Assembly: GCA_963514005.1 (NCBI GenBank) | Contig: OY740802.1 | Span: forward strand, 36,208,001-36,272,000 | Length of the DNA stretch: 64,000 nt | Direction of reading: 5' to 3' | Source of the DNA: Raja brachyura | Lineage: Eukaryota | Shown here: piece after piece, positions 35,645 through 49,769 of the stretch | How positions within the stretch are numbered: the stretch's first letter is position 1 | How the letters are laid out: every line of letters starts with the position of its first letter | Program-made: the position numbers and the translations under genes | The notes under the pieces: generated by a model | The model's input: only the letters and a program-made list of their open reading frames with translations | Database searches by the model: none | Told to the model about the DNA's origin: nothing

Positions 35645-36221
35645 TATTCCAGAAGTTTAGTGCTTTATTAAAAAAATACACATCAGGTAAAGACAGAAAC
35701 AAGATGCAAGACCCTCCAGCCAAACATGCTAAGAAGCATCACATGAAAAACGTCCTTGAGGGTGAGCACCACTGCGTCACTAATGTTTTCAAAGATAATG
35801 ATGATTTAGGGCGAGGTATGAAAGCTGAAAGGCATGTTCAGTCACACAAAGTTGAAGAGAAGCCTGACAAAAGAGTCTTATTCCAAACTAAAATGAATCG
35901 CTGCATAGAATGAGCCAACATAGAATGTCAACTTTATGCTTTAAAGTTAAATTCAAATGAACTGCAGTAAATGACCATGAGACTAGTAAATCCAGTTATG
36001 AACCAACAGTATGATGCTGCTATTAAATTGTTAAAGTTTGAGATATCGAACATTTTAGCATGACTTTACATCTGAAAGGCAAACTGATTTTTTTGTGCAT
36101 GCATTGCCCTTTAATCGACCTGCATTCTATGGTCAGAAGTCAGGATGCTTATCATCCTGTTCACGGTTATCGCTCTTTAGTTATTGAAGCAATCTCTGCC
36201 CACATGGAACAAGACTCAGTG

Positions 36222-36565
36222 GATGTAGAAAAAAGGAACTGCAGATGTTGGTTTAAACCAAAAATGGACACAAAGTTGAGGTGTAACTTAGCGAGTCAGG
36301 CAGCATATCTGGGGGAAAAGGATGTGACATTTTGGATTGTGACCATTCTTCAGACTGAAAGTAGGGGGGTTAGGGATGGGGAGGAAGGGGGGAGGGGAGG
36401 CCAGGCACCATCTTGCCAGAGGTCATTTGTGCCATCTATTGTCACCTCCAGGTCTTCAACTCTCCCTCCCCACACCCTTTCAGTCTTAAGAAGGGTCCCG
36501 ACCTGAAACATCACCCATCATTGCCCCCCCACAGTTGCTGCCGAGTTCCTCCAGCACTTTACGAC
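36222..36565. mobile_element. Penelope-derived foldback (older)
   Basis: aaggaactgcagatg ... cttcagactgaaag ... ctttcagtcttaagaagggtcccgacctgaaac. Confidence 0.7.
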
Positions 36566-36962
36566 TATCTCAAGGCAGAGAATATTCAGTTCAAGGCTGG
36601 TTAAGTAGGAAGGAACTTCTGCATCGTTGCAATAAATGGAAATCTCACCATTGCCCTCTCAGGTGCATGGCATAATCAATTCCACTAACTGATTCCCCAG
36701 GAGAATACTGAGGAAAATGAAAAACCATAATCTTAACTGGACCAGCGACTTAAATAACATGATTATAACAATGGATCAGCGACAGGGTGCTTGACTTGCC
36801 TCCTTATTTGTGCCATCTACTAAAAAAAAGGTGTGATGGCGTTCTCTTCTGCCTGGATAGTTGTTTCAACAACATCAAAGAAGCTCATCGCTTCCATACC
36901 ATGCAATCAGCTTGATTGATAACACATTAAACAGACCGAATGCCGTTTTAACAGATTGACTT

Positions 36963-38672
36963 CAAGACCAAGATTCAAGAGGGTTTATTGTCATGTGCCC
37001 CTGATAGGACAATGAAATTCTTGCTTTGCTTCAGCACAACAGAACATAGTAGGCATGACTACAGAACAGATCAGTGTCCATATACCATTATATAAATATA
37101 TACACACATGAATAAATAAACTGATAAAGTGCAAATAAACAGATAATGGGCTGTTAATGTTCAGAGTTTTGTTCGAGCCACGTCCGATGGCTGTGAGGAA
37201 GTAGCTATTCCTGAACCTGGTCGTTGCAGTCTTCAGGCTCCTGTACCTTCTACCTGAAGGTAGCGGGGAGATGAATGTGTGGCCAGGATGGTGTGGGTCC
37301 TTGATGATACTGCCAGCCTTTGAGGCAGCGACAGCGATAGATCCCCTCGATGGAAGGGAGGTCAGAGCCGATGATGGACTGGGCAATGTTTACTACTTTA
37401 TGTAGTCTTTTCCACTCCAGGGCGCTCAAGTTGCCGAACCAAGCCACGCTGCAACCGGTCAGCATGTGCTCTATTGTGCACCTGTAGAAGTTAGAGAGAG
37501 TCCTCCTTGACAAACCGACTCTCCGTAATCTTCTCAGGAAGTAGACTCGTTGATGTGCTTTCTTAATAATTGCATCAGTGTTCTCGGACCAGGAAAGATC
37601 TTCAGAGATATGCACTCCCAGAAATTTGAAGCTCTTGACCCTTTCAACCATCGACCCGTTGATATAAACGGGACTGTGGGTCCCCATCCTCCTCCTTCCA
37701 AAGTCCATAATCAGTTCCTTGGTTTTGCTGGTGTTGAGGGCCAGGTTATTGTGCTGGCACCATGTGGACAGTCACTCAATCTCTCTTCTATACTGTGACT
37801 CATCCCCATCAGTGATACGTCCCACAATAGTGGCGTCGTCAGCGAACTTGATGATGGAGTTCGCACTATGACCGGCTACGCAGTCATGAGTTTGGAGTGA
37901 GTACAACAGGGGGCTGAGCACGCAGCCTTGTGGTGCTCCCATGCTGATTGTTATCGAGGCCGACACATTTCCACCAATACGAACAGACTGGGGTCTGTGA
38001 ATGAGGAAGTCGAGGATCGATTGCAGAGGGATTTGCAGAGAACTAGATCTGCGAGTTTGGTAACCAGCTTGGAGGGGATGATTGTATTAAATGCCAAGCT
38101 GTAATCAATGAATAACAGCCTGACATATGAGTTTTTGTTGGCCAAGTGGTCCAGAACGGAGTGGAGGGACAGCGAGATCGCATCCACCGTTGATCTGTTG
38201 TGGCGGTAAGTGAACTGCAGTGGGTCCAGGTTTTTGTCGAGGTAGGAGTTGATTTGCGCCATGATCAACTTCTCAAAGCACTTCATCACCACAGACGTTA
38301 GAGCCACTGGTCAATAGTCATTGAGGCACGTCACCGTGCTCTTCTTGGGCACTGGTATAATTGATGCCCTTTTAAAGCAGGTGGGAACCTCAGACCTCAG
38401 AAGTGAGAGGTTGAAAATGTCCGTAACAAATCCGGCCAGTTGGTCCGCACAGGTCTTTAGAACACGACCGGGTATACCATCAGGTCCAGGCGCTTTTCGA
38501 GGGTTCACCCCTCTGAAGGATTTCCTGACGTCGGCCTCTGTGACTGTGACTGAAATACCATCACAGCAAATGGGGACTCGGGAAGGCGCATCAGTATTCT
38601 CCCTATCAAAGCGTGCATAAAACGCATTGAGCTCGTCAGGGAGTGATGTTTCGCGGACATTCGAGCTGCCTC
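36963..38672 (-). mobile_element. Rex1/Babar LINE, same family as 2635-4528
   Basis: Near-identical RT peptides ([32 protein letters not shown]) with frameshifts; aataaa and short-repeat tail. Confidence 0.92.
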
Positions 38673-39336
38673 GTGATTTAATCGATACACTACAATTCCA
38701 AGACATAAAATATCACTCATCAGTGACAAATTCTTTCACCGGCAGGCAGAATACCATTGGTGTACTATTCAGATTAGTATTGGTTAACTTTGTGAACATC
38801 AGAAGGATGGAAGACCATCAAAGACCGTGCCATGAATCATCCTATCTGCATGATGAATGTAACAACCTACTCAGCCTTCAACAAGGTTGCCTATGCGGGC
38901 TACGTGTACTGCTCTCCTGAGCAAGGCCAGCAGGATGATGGGAACACCTCCACCAGCCTCCATGCCAATTTATACATATCCCCATTCTTTCACTACTGCT
39001 GGAGCAAATGCTTGGAAGTTTCAAACTAACAGCACTGCGGGTGTCAAGTCAACAACCCCGTTGCAGGTTGTATTAATCAGGACAGCTCACAATCAACTCC
39101 AAGAGCAACAATATTTGTTGTACTTGGTAGTGACATCCTCTCCTGACAATAATGAAATTCTTTGCCATAATTATGCAGCTCACACTGCACTACAAACACA
39201 GGCCAAGACAGAACTACTAACGGACAAGACAGTGTTCTTTCATGTTGAGCAACATTTGGAAGAAATATCAAGGGCAGCAAGAACAAATCATCCACTTTGA
39301 ATTGGTGTCTATACTGAGCCAACCAAGGGGTAAGGA

Positions 39337-39433
39337 GTCTGAGGAAGGGTCTCGACCTGAAACGTTACCCATTCCTTCTCTCCAGGGATGCTGCCTGTCC
39401 TGCTGAGTTACTCCAACATTTTGTGTTCATCTT
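39337..39433 (+). mobile_element. Penelope-derived half element with hammerhead-like core
   Basis: ctgagga a gggtc tc gacct gaaacgtt acccattcc. Confidence 0.75.
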
Positions 39434-40015
39434 CAACCAAAAGGCAAGGCTGACAGAGACAAGATCACCTTAGATATCACCAGGTGTGTTCAGCTCCAAT
39501 TCTCCTTGTCACTTTGGCCCGAACATTGAGCAAAGAGTTCCATCCCAGACGCTAGGCAAGAGTGTCTGCCCTTGACATTGGGACAACATTTGAGGGGGCA
39601 TGGCATAACGGGGAAAACACTCATGTACTTACATCAAACTTTTCAACGTAATAATATTATGGGCGCTCGTTTGTATGTAGGGACATTCCTAATTGGCACA
39701 GCCTGTACTCATGAGTCGCTGGGAAAAAATTTGTGATATGCGAGTGTTTTGTGATGCACACATCCTCATACAGACTGTCCTGCGGAGATATATAGGCTGC
39801 CAATATTGTGTTTCAAAAATAAGGGATTGCATAGTGTGCTGTGGTTGCTGCTGATACTTATGGTGATTCAACAGGGAGTGAACTGCAGTCCAAATGTTTC
39901 ATAAAATAAGAATACAATTTCCTACAATACAATAACAAAATCTTGAAATAGTTTTCACATTCCATGATCCACCCAGTTTTGCGACACCTACTGGCAGGGC
40001 TTTACTGCTTTGACA

Positions 40016-43000
40016 GGGCACCTACGTGGGGATGCTCTTCATTGACTATAGCTCTGCCTTCAATACGGTCATCCCCACCAAGCTCACCACCAAACTCCAC
40101 CAGCTAGGCCTCAGCTCACTGATATGCGATTGGATCCTGAATTTTCTGACGGAGCGACCGCAGGCAGTGAGACTGGGGCCGCACCTGTCTTCCACTATCA
40201 CCCTGAGCACCGGCACACCACAGGGCTGTGTACTGAGCCCCATGCTCTACTCCTTCTTCACCCATGACTGTGTCTCTGCATTTGACAACAACACCATTGT
40301 CAAGTTTGCAGACAACACAACGGTGATCGGGCTGATCACCAACGGTGATGAAACAAACTATAGAGCAAAGGTGCAGAACCTGGCGGACTGGTGCTCACGG
40401 AATAACTTGTCGCTAAACACCTCCAAGACCAAGGAGCTGATTATCGACTTCAGGAGGTCACAGAATGGGGAATATGCCCCAATCTCCATCTACGGAGACA
40501 GTGTGGACAGAGTGTCCAGCTTCAAGTTTCTGGGCACTCACATCTCAGAAGACCTCACATGGTCCACCAACACCACTGCGCTGGTCAAAAAGGCACAGCA
40601 ATGACTGTTCTTCCTAAGAACATTGAAACGGACTGGTCTGCCCCAACAGCTGCTGACGACCTTCTACCGCTGCACCACAGAGAGCATACTAAAGGCCCTG
40701 TCTCACGGTGCGAGTTGACCCACGAGTGACAGACTCGTGGTTGTGTACGATATTCCAAGTTGATGTGCAAGTGTTTGTGGCGAGTTCCCACGGGTATGGT
40801 AATCTGCGATGTTCCGAGTTCGTCTCCAGAGTTACCAAGTTCCCCTCCCGTTTGCTCTTGCGTTACCAAGTTCCTCTCCCGCTCAGGGCGTGTGTTGTTG
40901 CTGCAGTCCGGGATTCGCATTTAAAGCACTCGATTATCTTCAGCAGTTCAGGCGAGGACAGGTTTGGGGGGGGGGGGGGGGGGGGAGGGATGGTGGAATT
41001 GGGAGAAGGCAAAGGCTATGGGTGGGGAGGAGTGAGAGGGAGGCTAGGAACGGCATGTGCGAAACGGGTAGTCAACCTTTAGGGTCCCGGCCCGAAACAT
41101 CCCTATACATTTTATGATTTCCCTCCAAAGATGCAGTCTCCCGTGGTTTGTTTGCACAACTCTCTCCCAACATTGGGGGGGGGGGGGGGGGGGGGGGAAA
41201 CGACAAGATAGTTTAAACGGACCTTACCCCCACTTCATGCTTCTGTTGCGCATAATTCAGCAGTAAAACCTCTCTTCTCCTTACCCAGCGACGCCCGATT
41301 CCTCGCACCCCCACAAGTTCACATCGACGAGGGAAGAATGAGCGGGGAGTCTGAAGAAGGGTCCCGACCCGAAACATCACCCATTCCTTCTCTCCAGAGG
41401 CGATGCCTGTCCCGCTGAGTTACTCCAGCATGTTTGTGTCTATCGTCGGTGTAAACCAGCATCTGCAGTTCCTTCCTACACACGGACAGTGAAGTGCCTC
41501 GGCCAAATTGCACGTGTTCTCGGTCAAACCATACACACCAATAAGTACTGGGATTGTTTTAGTTTGGGCTCAGTATGGTGTCCGTAGCCTGGGCACAGTG
41601 CCAGAAAAAATGTTGATAAATATGTGTGGAACTTTCACAAATAAGGGGCTAGATAGGTCTGGAGTGTGGTGTTAACCACGGGGCTGTGTCCTGCTGAGAT
41701 AGACACAAAATTCTGGAGTAACTCAGTGGGACAGGCAGCATCTCTGGAGAGAAGGAATGGGAGACGTTTCGGGTCGAGACCCTTCTTCACATCAGCTGAA
41801 GCAGATCTGTGTGTTCGGACTTGATGGACTAAACCACCACACCTAACCCCAAGATCAAAAAGATGTTGACATATCCACTATATATGTTATTTAATTTCTC
41901 CGTCAGAACCTGTGCGTTCAGTGGAGATTTTCTCGACGGAGGAGCGAGGATGATAATGAGAAATAAAGTGGCAGGAGAGGCTCCAAACACAAATAATTAA
42001 ATTAATCTTGTTTAAAAAGAGAATATGTCTGTTAAAAAACCCCCAGAGGAAATTAATTGCTTCTACTGAAGAGCGGAGTCATTCCATTATGAATCATTGA
42101 TTCTCAATGTATTTTTATAAATTAGATAATTTGAAATGCTGCAGTTTTGAATGGTAAAGCCGGGCTTTGGCATCATTTCTAAAATCTAGGAGATGATTTT
42201 AAGCAAATATCGGACCTATTTATTTTCTCTTTCTCGCTTTTAGGTTTTGATGTGTTTATCTTGTCACCCAAGTAAATAGATACAGGTTATAAATATTTTA
42301 AAATATTGTACAGTGGTTTAACACAATCTCTATGATTGGCATACTTTTCATTTAAAGGGCAGCCCTTTAAATGTTGAGCTCATAGATGGATACTATGCAT
42401 GATATTCATGCAATTTAATATTGGATGTAACTAGGATGTGTGGATTTTTATCCTGGAACATTAGGATTCTCTGATGTGAAAGTAGTCTGGTTTGCGTTTC
42501 TTACACTTGATCATATCCGAAACTAAAGTATAGATAGACTCAAAATGCTGGAGTAACTCGGCGGGACAGGCCGCATCTCTGGAGAGAAGGAATGGGTGGC
42601 GTTTTGGGTAAGTCTGAAGAAGGGTCTCGACTCCATTCCTTCTCTCCAGAGATGCTGCCTGGTCCGCTGAGTTACTCCAGCATTTTGTGTCTATTAAAGA
42701 GTTCCCACGGTAGACGCACGAATCACTAAACTTAACGCACGGGCCACTACGATATAACTCTGAGTTTAAATGTTTCAATTTTAAACTTGAACACGAAATT
42801 TGACTCGTGGAAAAAGTCAAACATGTTTGACTTTTTTCACGAGTTCACAAGTTTCACAGGTACCTGCCGTTAGCGCCACGAGTGGACAAGTTGATCGCGC
42901 GAGTTCCGACGTTCCCGCTACGTTGGCTGTACGTGATCACCACGAGTGAAAACTCGGGGTCACTCGTGGGCCAACTCGCACCGTGAGACAGGGGTTTTAC

Positions 43001-43505
43001 GTATGGCATCTCTGTGTGGTATCTCAGCTGCACGGAGGCAGAGAGGAGAGCTCTTCAGCACGTCGTCCACAGAGCGCAACAGATTATTGGGACACCGCTA
43101 CCAGCCTTGGAGGGCATCTACCACACACGGTGCCTCAGGAAGGCCGTCGGCATCCATAAAGACTCCTCTCACCCTTATCATGGACTGTTCGAACAACTCC
43201 CTTCTGGCAGACGTTACAAGGCCTTCTACACCCGCACCTCCAGACTCAGGAACAGCTTCATTCCCAGAGCTATAGCGGCTCTGAACAGGCCCTGCTGAGT
43301 ACCCCCCCCCCAATGGACTGTCTCCCCCGGCCTCGCACTTTAGTCCGTGTTGATTTTACTGGTCTAATGTTCGTTTTTACAAACCTTGTTCTCGGGGTAT
43401 CTAAATCTAAATTTTATTTGTCGATTAAGTTATGACATCGGATGGAAGTTGCAAACCAAATCACGTTGCACTTATGTGTAATGACAAGATATTATTATTA
43501 TTATT
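40016..43505 (+). mobile_element. Rex1/Babar LINE (second subfamily), 40016-40692 + 42997-43505, split by a Harbinger element
   Basis: [23 protein letters not shown]; frame ESIL|TYGISVWY rejoins across the insertion; LPSGRRYKA; (att)n tail. Confidence 0.9.
40693..42996. mobile_element. PIF/Harbinger-type non-autonomous element (2.3 kb) with nested Penelope foldbacks
   Basis: TIR aggccctgtctcacggtgcgagttgacccacgagtgac and inverted copy ending at 42996; TSD taa/tta; Penelope pieces at 41348-41482, 41697-41790 and 42530-42693. Confidence 0.85.
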
Positions 43506-44001
43506 GTTGACAACTGATTTAGATAGGGACAGAGCTTAGCCTGGGCACACTTGTTATCTCAATAGGAATGATTTTATTCACTGGTTTCAATAAATTCCTG
43601 ATACACGTGTCACATCATAGCCGGCCATAATTTATACCAGATGTCGACATACTTGCAGCTCACCTAAAAATCCTGGTCATAATGTCTATCTGGTACAAAT
43701 ACAGTCCTGGTGAAAAAGTTACTTTTATAACAATCAAACAGGTTCGTTTCTTAATAAACAGCCAACTCACAAACGTTTGGTAGACCAGTTCTAAACTTTA
43801 CTTATTATCGGCCGATGGAAGTGGTAGGGAGAACCCCAGTCAAGTGAGCAATACAGACACTTCGCTGTCCTCAGTCCACTTCCCTGAACAACAGAATTAC
43901 ATCGTATTATATAGTTTTTTTGTCACCTCAGCACATTCCACAAACATTAGTCATGGTCAGATGTACAGAGAAGACACAGGATCCTACAGGACGCGTCATA
44001 T

Positions 44002-44204
44002 CAAAGGCATCGGACATTTGGTACAAGATATCTTACATATCAACCATTTGTCAATACCCCTTAGTGGGATCAATCTGGCTTCCTCTCTCGTCACTTGCAC
44101 ACCTCAAAGGCATCGGACATTTGGTGCAAGGTATTTTACATATTAAAGACATCGACCATTTGTCAATACCCCTTAGTGGGATCAATCTGGGCTTCCTCTC
44201 TCAT
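44002..44204. repeat. Local tandem duplication, about 100 bp x2
   Basis: caaaggcatcggacatttggt...ccatttgtcaataccccttagtgggatcaatctgg occurs twice. Confidence 0.9.
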
Positions 44205-45093
44205 CAAATGGTAGACAAATGTTATAGTCATTCATTATCTCAATACACAGCAACCTGAGGCAAGCCTGTATTAATCTACAGGAGAAAAGCCTGATTTGAG
44301 ACTAAATGTAAGTTGTAAGTTGGCCCAGGAATCCATTGAATATTTTCTTTTATTTTCTAACATAATTCAGCATTATCACTGGTGTAATTCTGCTTAGGCC
44401 AGGATGACAACCCTACATTTGCAAGTTTGTCAGGAAAATGTTCAAAACTGTATGGATTTTGCTGGAGCCTTTGAGAGCCTGGACCATTGGCAACCTTAGG
44501 CATCGTGTATCGTCGCTTGCACAACAGTCTGCAGGAAAGTGATAGCTACATGACTGAATTGGTTAAATTTCTCAAAGTAAAAGCCTTTCCTGGGATCTTA
44601 TCTTTCAAATCAGGGTTGCCAAGTACAACTATTCCTCTTGTTATCAAGAGAGTTTCAGACATTTCCTCTGCCTCTTCAGCAAAATCAGGCACACCCCAAG
44701 CATTAAAGGAAGGGATTCCTCAGTGCATAAAAATTTCCATGTGGATTCTTTCCAATATTCCACTGCAGATTCTGTCATTAATGTATGCTTCATTTTTCCT
44801 TGCTCAACCCTCTGCAAGGTCCCACTTCCCATCTCCCCTGATATCTTACACCTCTTTACCACATTTCACTTCTAACTGTAGTGACAGCCACCTGCAAATC
44901 TACTCCAATTAACCCCACCCACATGAAATCAATCATTCTGCAAACCTTCATATTCCATCCAAACTAGCCATAAAGAATTGTACTGATTATATTTGAAATA
45001 TCTGGTATCATTCTGTATTGATTCAAACCAAAGACCTGTAAAGTGCAACATTCTGCACAGCAAAAATGCCCACCAGATTTAACAAATAATAGA

Positions 45094-45680
45094 GGTGGAA
45101 TTCTCTGCCTCAGAGGATGGTGGAGGCAGGTTCTCTGGATGCTTTCAAGAAAGCGCTATATAGGGCTCTTGAAAATAGCGGAGTCAGGGGATATGGGGAG
45201 AAGGCAGGAAAGGGGTACTGATTGGGGATGATCAGCCATGATCACACTGAATGGCAATGCTGGCTCGAAGGGCCAAATGGCCTACTCCTGTACCTATTGT
45301 CTAAGACTAGAGTTCTGGTAAATTCCACTTTTTCAAGAGTCAGGACTATTTTATTGTCATATGTCCCTAAACAGAACAATTACATTCTTACTTGTAGCAA
45401 CACGACAGATGTGTAAACATAATACACCATAAAAACACCAAAAAAGTTCAGCTTAACAAAAACAAACACTAATAATGCAAAGATAAAAACAATGCCCCCA
45501 AGTCTCTGCCGTTTGGAGCTTAGTAGGTTACAGTTTAATAGCTTAATGGTTGTTGGGAAGAAGCTGCACCTGAACCTGAATGTTAGTTCCCAGGCTCCTA
45601 TACCTTCTCCCCGATGGTAGGAGAGTAATGAGAGCATGGCCAGGGTGGTGTGGATATAGGATGATGTTGCAGCCAATGAT
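45094..45680. mobile_element. CR1 3' end (+, 45094-45302) and Rex1-like 3' end (-, 45335-45680)
   Basis: CR1 3' UTR motifs; [20 protein letters not shown] on the minus strand. Confidence 0.8.
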
Positions 45681-45815
45681 GCAAGAGAGCTTCAAACCAG
45701 TGGTGTTTATTCCAAGTTCAGAAGCCAAGAGCTCTCACTACACAATGCTTACTTCATGTACATCTATTATGTAACTTCATTCACATGATCACATCACTGC
45801 CCTATAACCACATAA

Positions 45816-46108
45816 AGGCCCTGTCCCACTTTCCCGAGTTATTCACAAACTCTGGCGAGTTTTCCCTCCGATTCGAACTCGAGTAATGTCCATAGCGAGT
45901 CCGTAGATGTTTCGTAGCAGCTCATAATGCCAGCCGTATAAACTCGGGGCATCAGGTAAGTCGGGACATTTTTTCAACATGTTGAAAAATGTCCACGAGT
46001 AAAAAAAATAGCCGCGAGTACCTACGAATGGCTATTACCGTAATTCTCCGAATTCGAATCAAAACTCGGGGGAGTTCGCAAGTAACTCGGGAAAGTGGGA
46101 CAGGGCCT
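45816..46108. mobile_element. PIF/Harbinger-type MITE
   Basis: TIR aggccctgtcccactttcccgagtta / taactcgggaaagtgggacagggcct; flanks taa/tca. Confidence 0.88.
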
Positions 46109-48332
46109 TCACTCTCATAAATAGGTACTCTGCTTTCCCTCTCTGCAGGAAATATTTAAACATGTTTCACAGTTTTACACTGCCACTACCGATTCAGTCC
46201 GTTGACTGGCTTCCTTCATTGATAGTTCCTCTTCAACCATGTTGCATTATTTGCTTCTGACATAATCATTCCGGGAACTGAGGAAGTTGGAACCTCTTGA
46301 CCTAACCCACTGCTATTCATAACTCCTCTAAGAGAGCTGACTGTATTAATGCCATGATTAGATCCATCATCCTACATAATTTTGTAGTCTCTAACTATGA
46401 TCATGAGATCCATATGAACATATTTCCAATGTGAACAAAGTATCTCATCAGACAGATCTGAATAATTTAATGAGGTTGAAGGAGAGACTCAGAAGTGTTT
46501 AATTGTCATACGTGTCGGCAATGAAACAATTAAATTATTCCTTGCTGCAGTTTTACAGACCTATTAACGCAATAACATAAACATACAATAAGTCAGTAAT
46601 ACAATAACTTAATCAGTAACACTGTGTGACCAGGCCATAATGTTGCTGAGTCTGGCTGTTTTTATTGTTCTGATGGCTCTGACATTTACAAATTGCTTTC
46701 CATTTCCCTGATACTTCATCGCTTGCTTCAACTGCTATCTCTTCCACCCACCCTTCCTCTTCTAAATTAGGTTTTTACGGGCTGTATGTAAGATGACAAA
46801 TCAACAGCAGCTCAGCTGCAGCAATACCAGTAAAAAAGTATGGAGTCATTTTATAGTTAAGCAATAGTCAACCACTAATTCATCATAAGGCTAAAGTCAT
46901 CCTGCAACACTTCCTCAGACTTTTTTTAATACACACCAGGATCTGTACAATCATACTGGAAACAGGATGATATGAAGGAATCAATAGATGTTTAATGCCA
47001 TGATGCAAGATTTTTAGAAAGAGCAGCAAGTCATTTGGTTCAAGACTGCTCTGCCCTTCAACTTACACGGTGTAAAATCTTCAAATAAAAGTGAAATGAA
47101 ATGTGATGTTGACATGTAGTTGTTTTAATCCTTTTCCTGAGAACACATGGAATGACTGCTTTCTTTCCCTCATTTAAAACACCTTTCATTGGTTGATAAT
47201 TCAGAACCTGCAATTTGCAGCATCTGCAGTTCCGTGTCTGCAATTTATAGAATAGGTACTAAGATCCACCTGGACACTTGCCCTGACTAGTCCATCGTCC
47301 TATAGCTTTCTGTAGAGCTTCCAAGTTAGTGGTATCATATACATTTCAGAACCATTCTCTTCAAGAACTACTTCTTTCCTACATTCTTTCATTGAAACTC
47401 TCAGTGCAACATCTTTCAGCTCAGGAATATTACTGGCCATTAAAAAACATTTGCATCCTCTCCATGTTGGGTATGAATGGTTGGCTTATTGTACATCTGA
47501 GCTGCCTAGGAGACCTGCTTATACAGTTTTATTTTTCCAAATGAAACATTCCTGCTGCATTTCAGCATCCTGTATGTTTGCAAGTTTACCCGCATCTAGA
47601 TTTTCAACGCGCTGTTTTCCTTGCTTCAGTTTTACTTCTAAGAATTGCTTGGTGCAGCTTTAGAAATGATACTGCTGTCAGCCTGCAAACAGTTGCCTAA
47701 AGTTCTCAGTATTTCCCTTTCATCTATCAATGTGACCCACAGAAAGTTGACATTTATTGTCAGGAGACAGAACCTCAGGGGCCTATTTCCTGCAATTATC
47801 TTTGCAAGCATGGCTTTTTCTCCCCCATAAAATTCACAAGGCAAGAATGCTGCTCTTAAATATGCAAAATTAATTTTGTTTTTACTAATTTTCAAAAACT
47901 TTTCTGACCCCTGTCACCCAATCCATCCCAAAATGGAATTTGAATACTACTAGAACTTTGCTAAGTCTTAACAGTTACAAACCTAAGGAACGTTAAATAA
48001 GTGTATTTATGCTAACTCGAATAGCAAAGAATTTACCCACACATGGTGGTAACATCAAATGTGTCACAGTAGTGACCCTGAATGTCTCCAAACTTCCAGC
48101 TAATTTTCCTCTTTTTTAAGTAATATTTCCATTGTTTCATATCCTGTATCAGGGCTCTCGCTTAACTTTTTTTCCCTGTTGCCAGCCGGGCAACCTTCAC
48201 AGCTTTTTAGGTTGCCAAATGACAGTTTAGGTGGTCATTTAAGACAGTTTGCATGACGCGTGCGATAATGTGCTTGGACGAAGTGCGCAGTTACCAGTCA
48301 GAATTATGCTCAATGAAGCATTCACATATTAT

Positions 48333-48549
48333 GTTCAAGAAGGAACTGCAGATGCTGCAAAATCGAAGGTAGACAAAAGTGCCGGAGAAACTCAGCGGGT
48401 GCAGCAGCATCTATGGAGCGAAGGAAATAGGCAAAGTTTCAGACCGAAACCCATCAGTCTGTAGAAGGGTTTCGACCCAAAACGTTGCCTATTTCCTTCG
48501 CTCCATAGATGCTGCCGCATCCGCTGAGTTTCTCCAGCACTTTTGTCTA
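48333..48549. mobile_element. Penelope-derived foldback with perfect 14-bp TSD
   Basis: TSD cattcacatattat at 48319-48332 / 48550-48563. Confidence 0.88.
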
Positions 48550-49127
48550 CATTCACATATTATTTCTGCTTCAAATAACTCACAAACTAAACATATTCAC
48601 CAAACAAGACATGATATACACCACAATGACATGCAGCAAAATTATAATACAATATCTCAACTCTTTTTACACATTGCAATTAATGCAATTTCTATTAGTT
48701 CTTTCCACTTCCAAACAAAAATGTGGTTGGATTATTCAGCAAATGATCAAGCTGTGTCAATAAATCCTGGACCATGCACACTACAAATCGATGCAAGCAT
48801 GTTTTCTGTGAAGGACCGAAAATTACCATGACATGGCCATAGCATGGGTCATTATTGCTATTGGCACAGAAACACTCTGGCTTCACACATAATTTATCCA
48901 CAACAAAATATACAGGTTGCAAGGAAATTTCTAAAGGCATTTTATGGTAATAGCTGTTAAAACCGACTACACTCATCTGACAGGTTAAACATTACACTAA
49001 CTGACAAAGATGGCCAAAGGACATAACTGCAGCAAATGTTCTATTGGTAATATGTTTAACGGTGTCAAAACAAATAATAACATTGGGAATTAAAACACAT
49101 TTGATTGCATTCCGTTATATTTTTTTT

Positions 49128-49678
49128 CAATTCAATTCAACCTTTAATTGTCATTGTGCAGTGTACAATACAGACAACAAAATGTCTGTAGGGCAAACTT
49201 ACGAATAAACAAGTAATTGCGCAGTAGTATGAGTATATACATCTATACATATACAGTGGTATCCGTGCAATTTGCTGGTGATTGGATAGTCCGGGGGGGG
49301 GGGGGGGGGGGAGACAACTACCAGCAGGCAGTCATTGAGGTGCAGCGTTGAGAAGTGTGACAGCCGCAGGGAAGAAGCTGTTCTTGAGCCTGCTGGTACG
49401 GCAGCGGAGGGACCTGTAGCGTCTCCCGGATGGGAGGAGGGTAAACAGTCTATGGTTGGGATGAGCTGTCCCTGGCAATGCTGTGCGCCCTGTGCAGGCA
49501 TCGTTTACTGTGGACAGACTCAATGGAGGGGAGTGAGGAGCCTGTGATACGTTGGGCGATCTTCACCACCCTCTGCAGAGCTTTCCGGTCGGCGAAAGAA
49601 CAGTTACCATACCATACTGTGATTCAGTTAGTAAGGATGCTCTCGATGGTGCAGCGGTAGAAGTTCACCAGTATCTGG
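49128..49678 (-). mobile_element. Rex1-like LINE 3' fragment
   Basis: [35 protein letters not shown]; (ttcaa)n tail on +. Confidence 0.85.
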
Positions 49679-49769
49679 GGGGGTTGAGATGGCATTCTGT
49701 GTGGAATGGATGGATTGAGGCAGGTAAATTAGTACGTGTTGGTTGGAGTATGTAAAATTGTGAGGGGAG

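Noticed and set aside
44487-44912. 141-aa ORF and its antisense frames
   Set aside because: No recognisable motif, non-ATG start and no convincing splice context.
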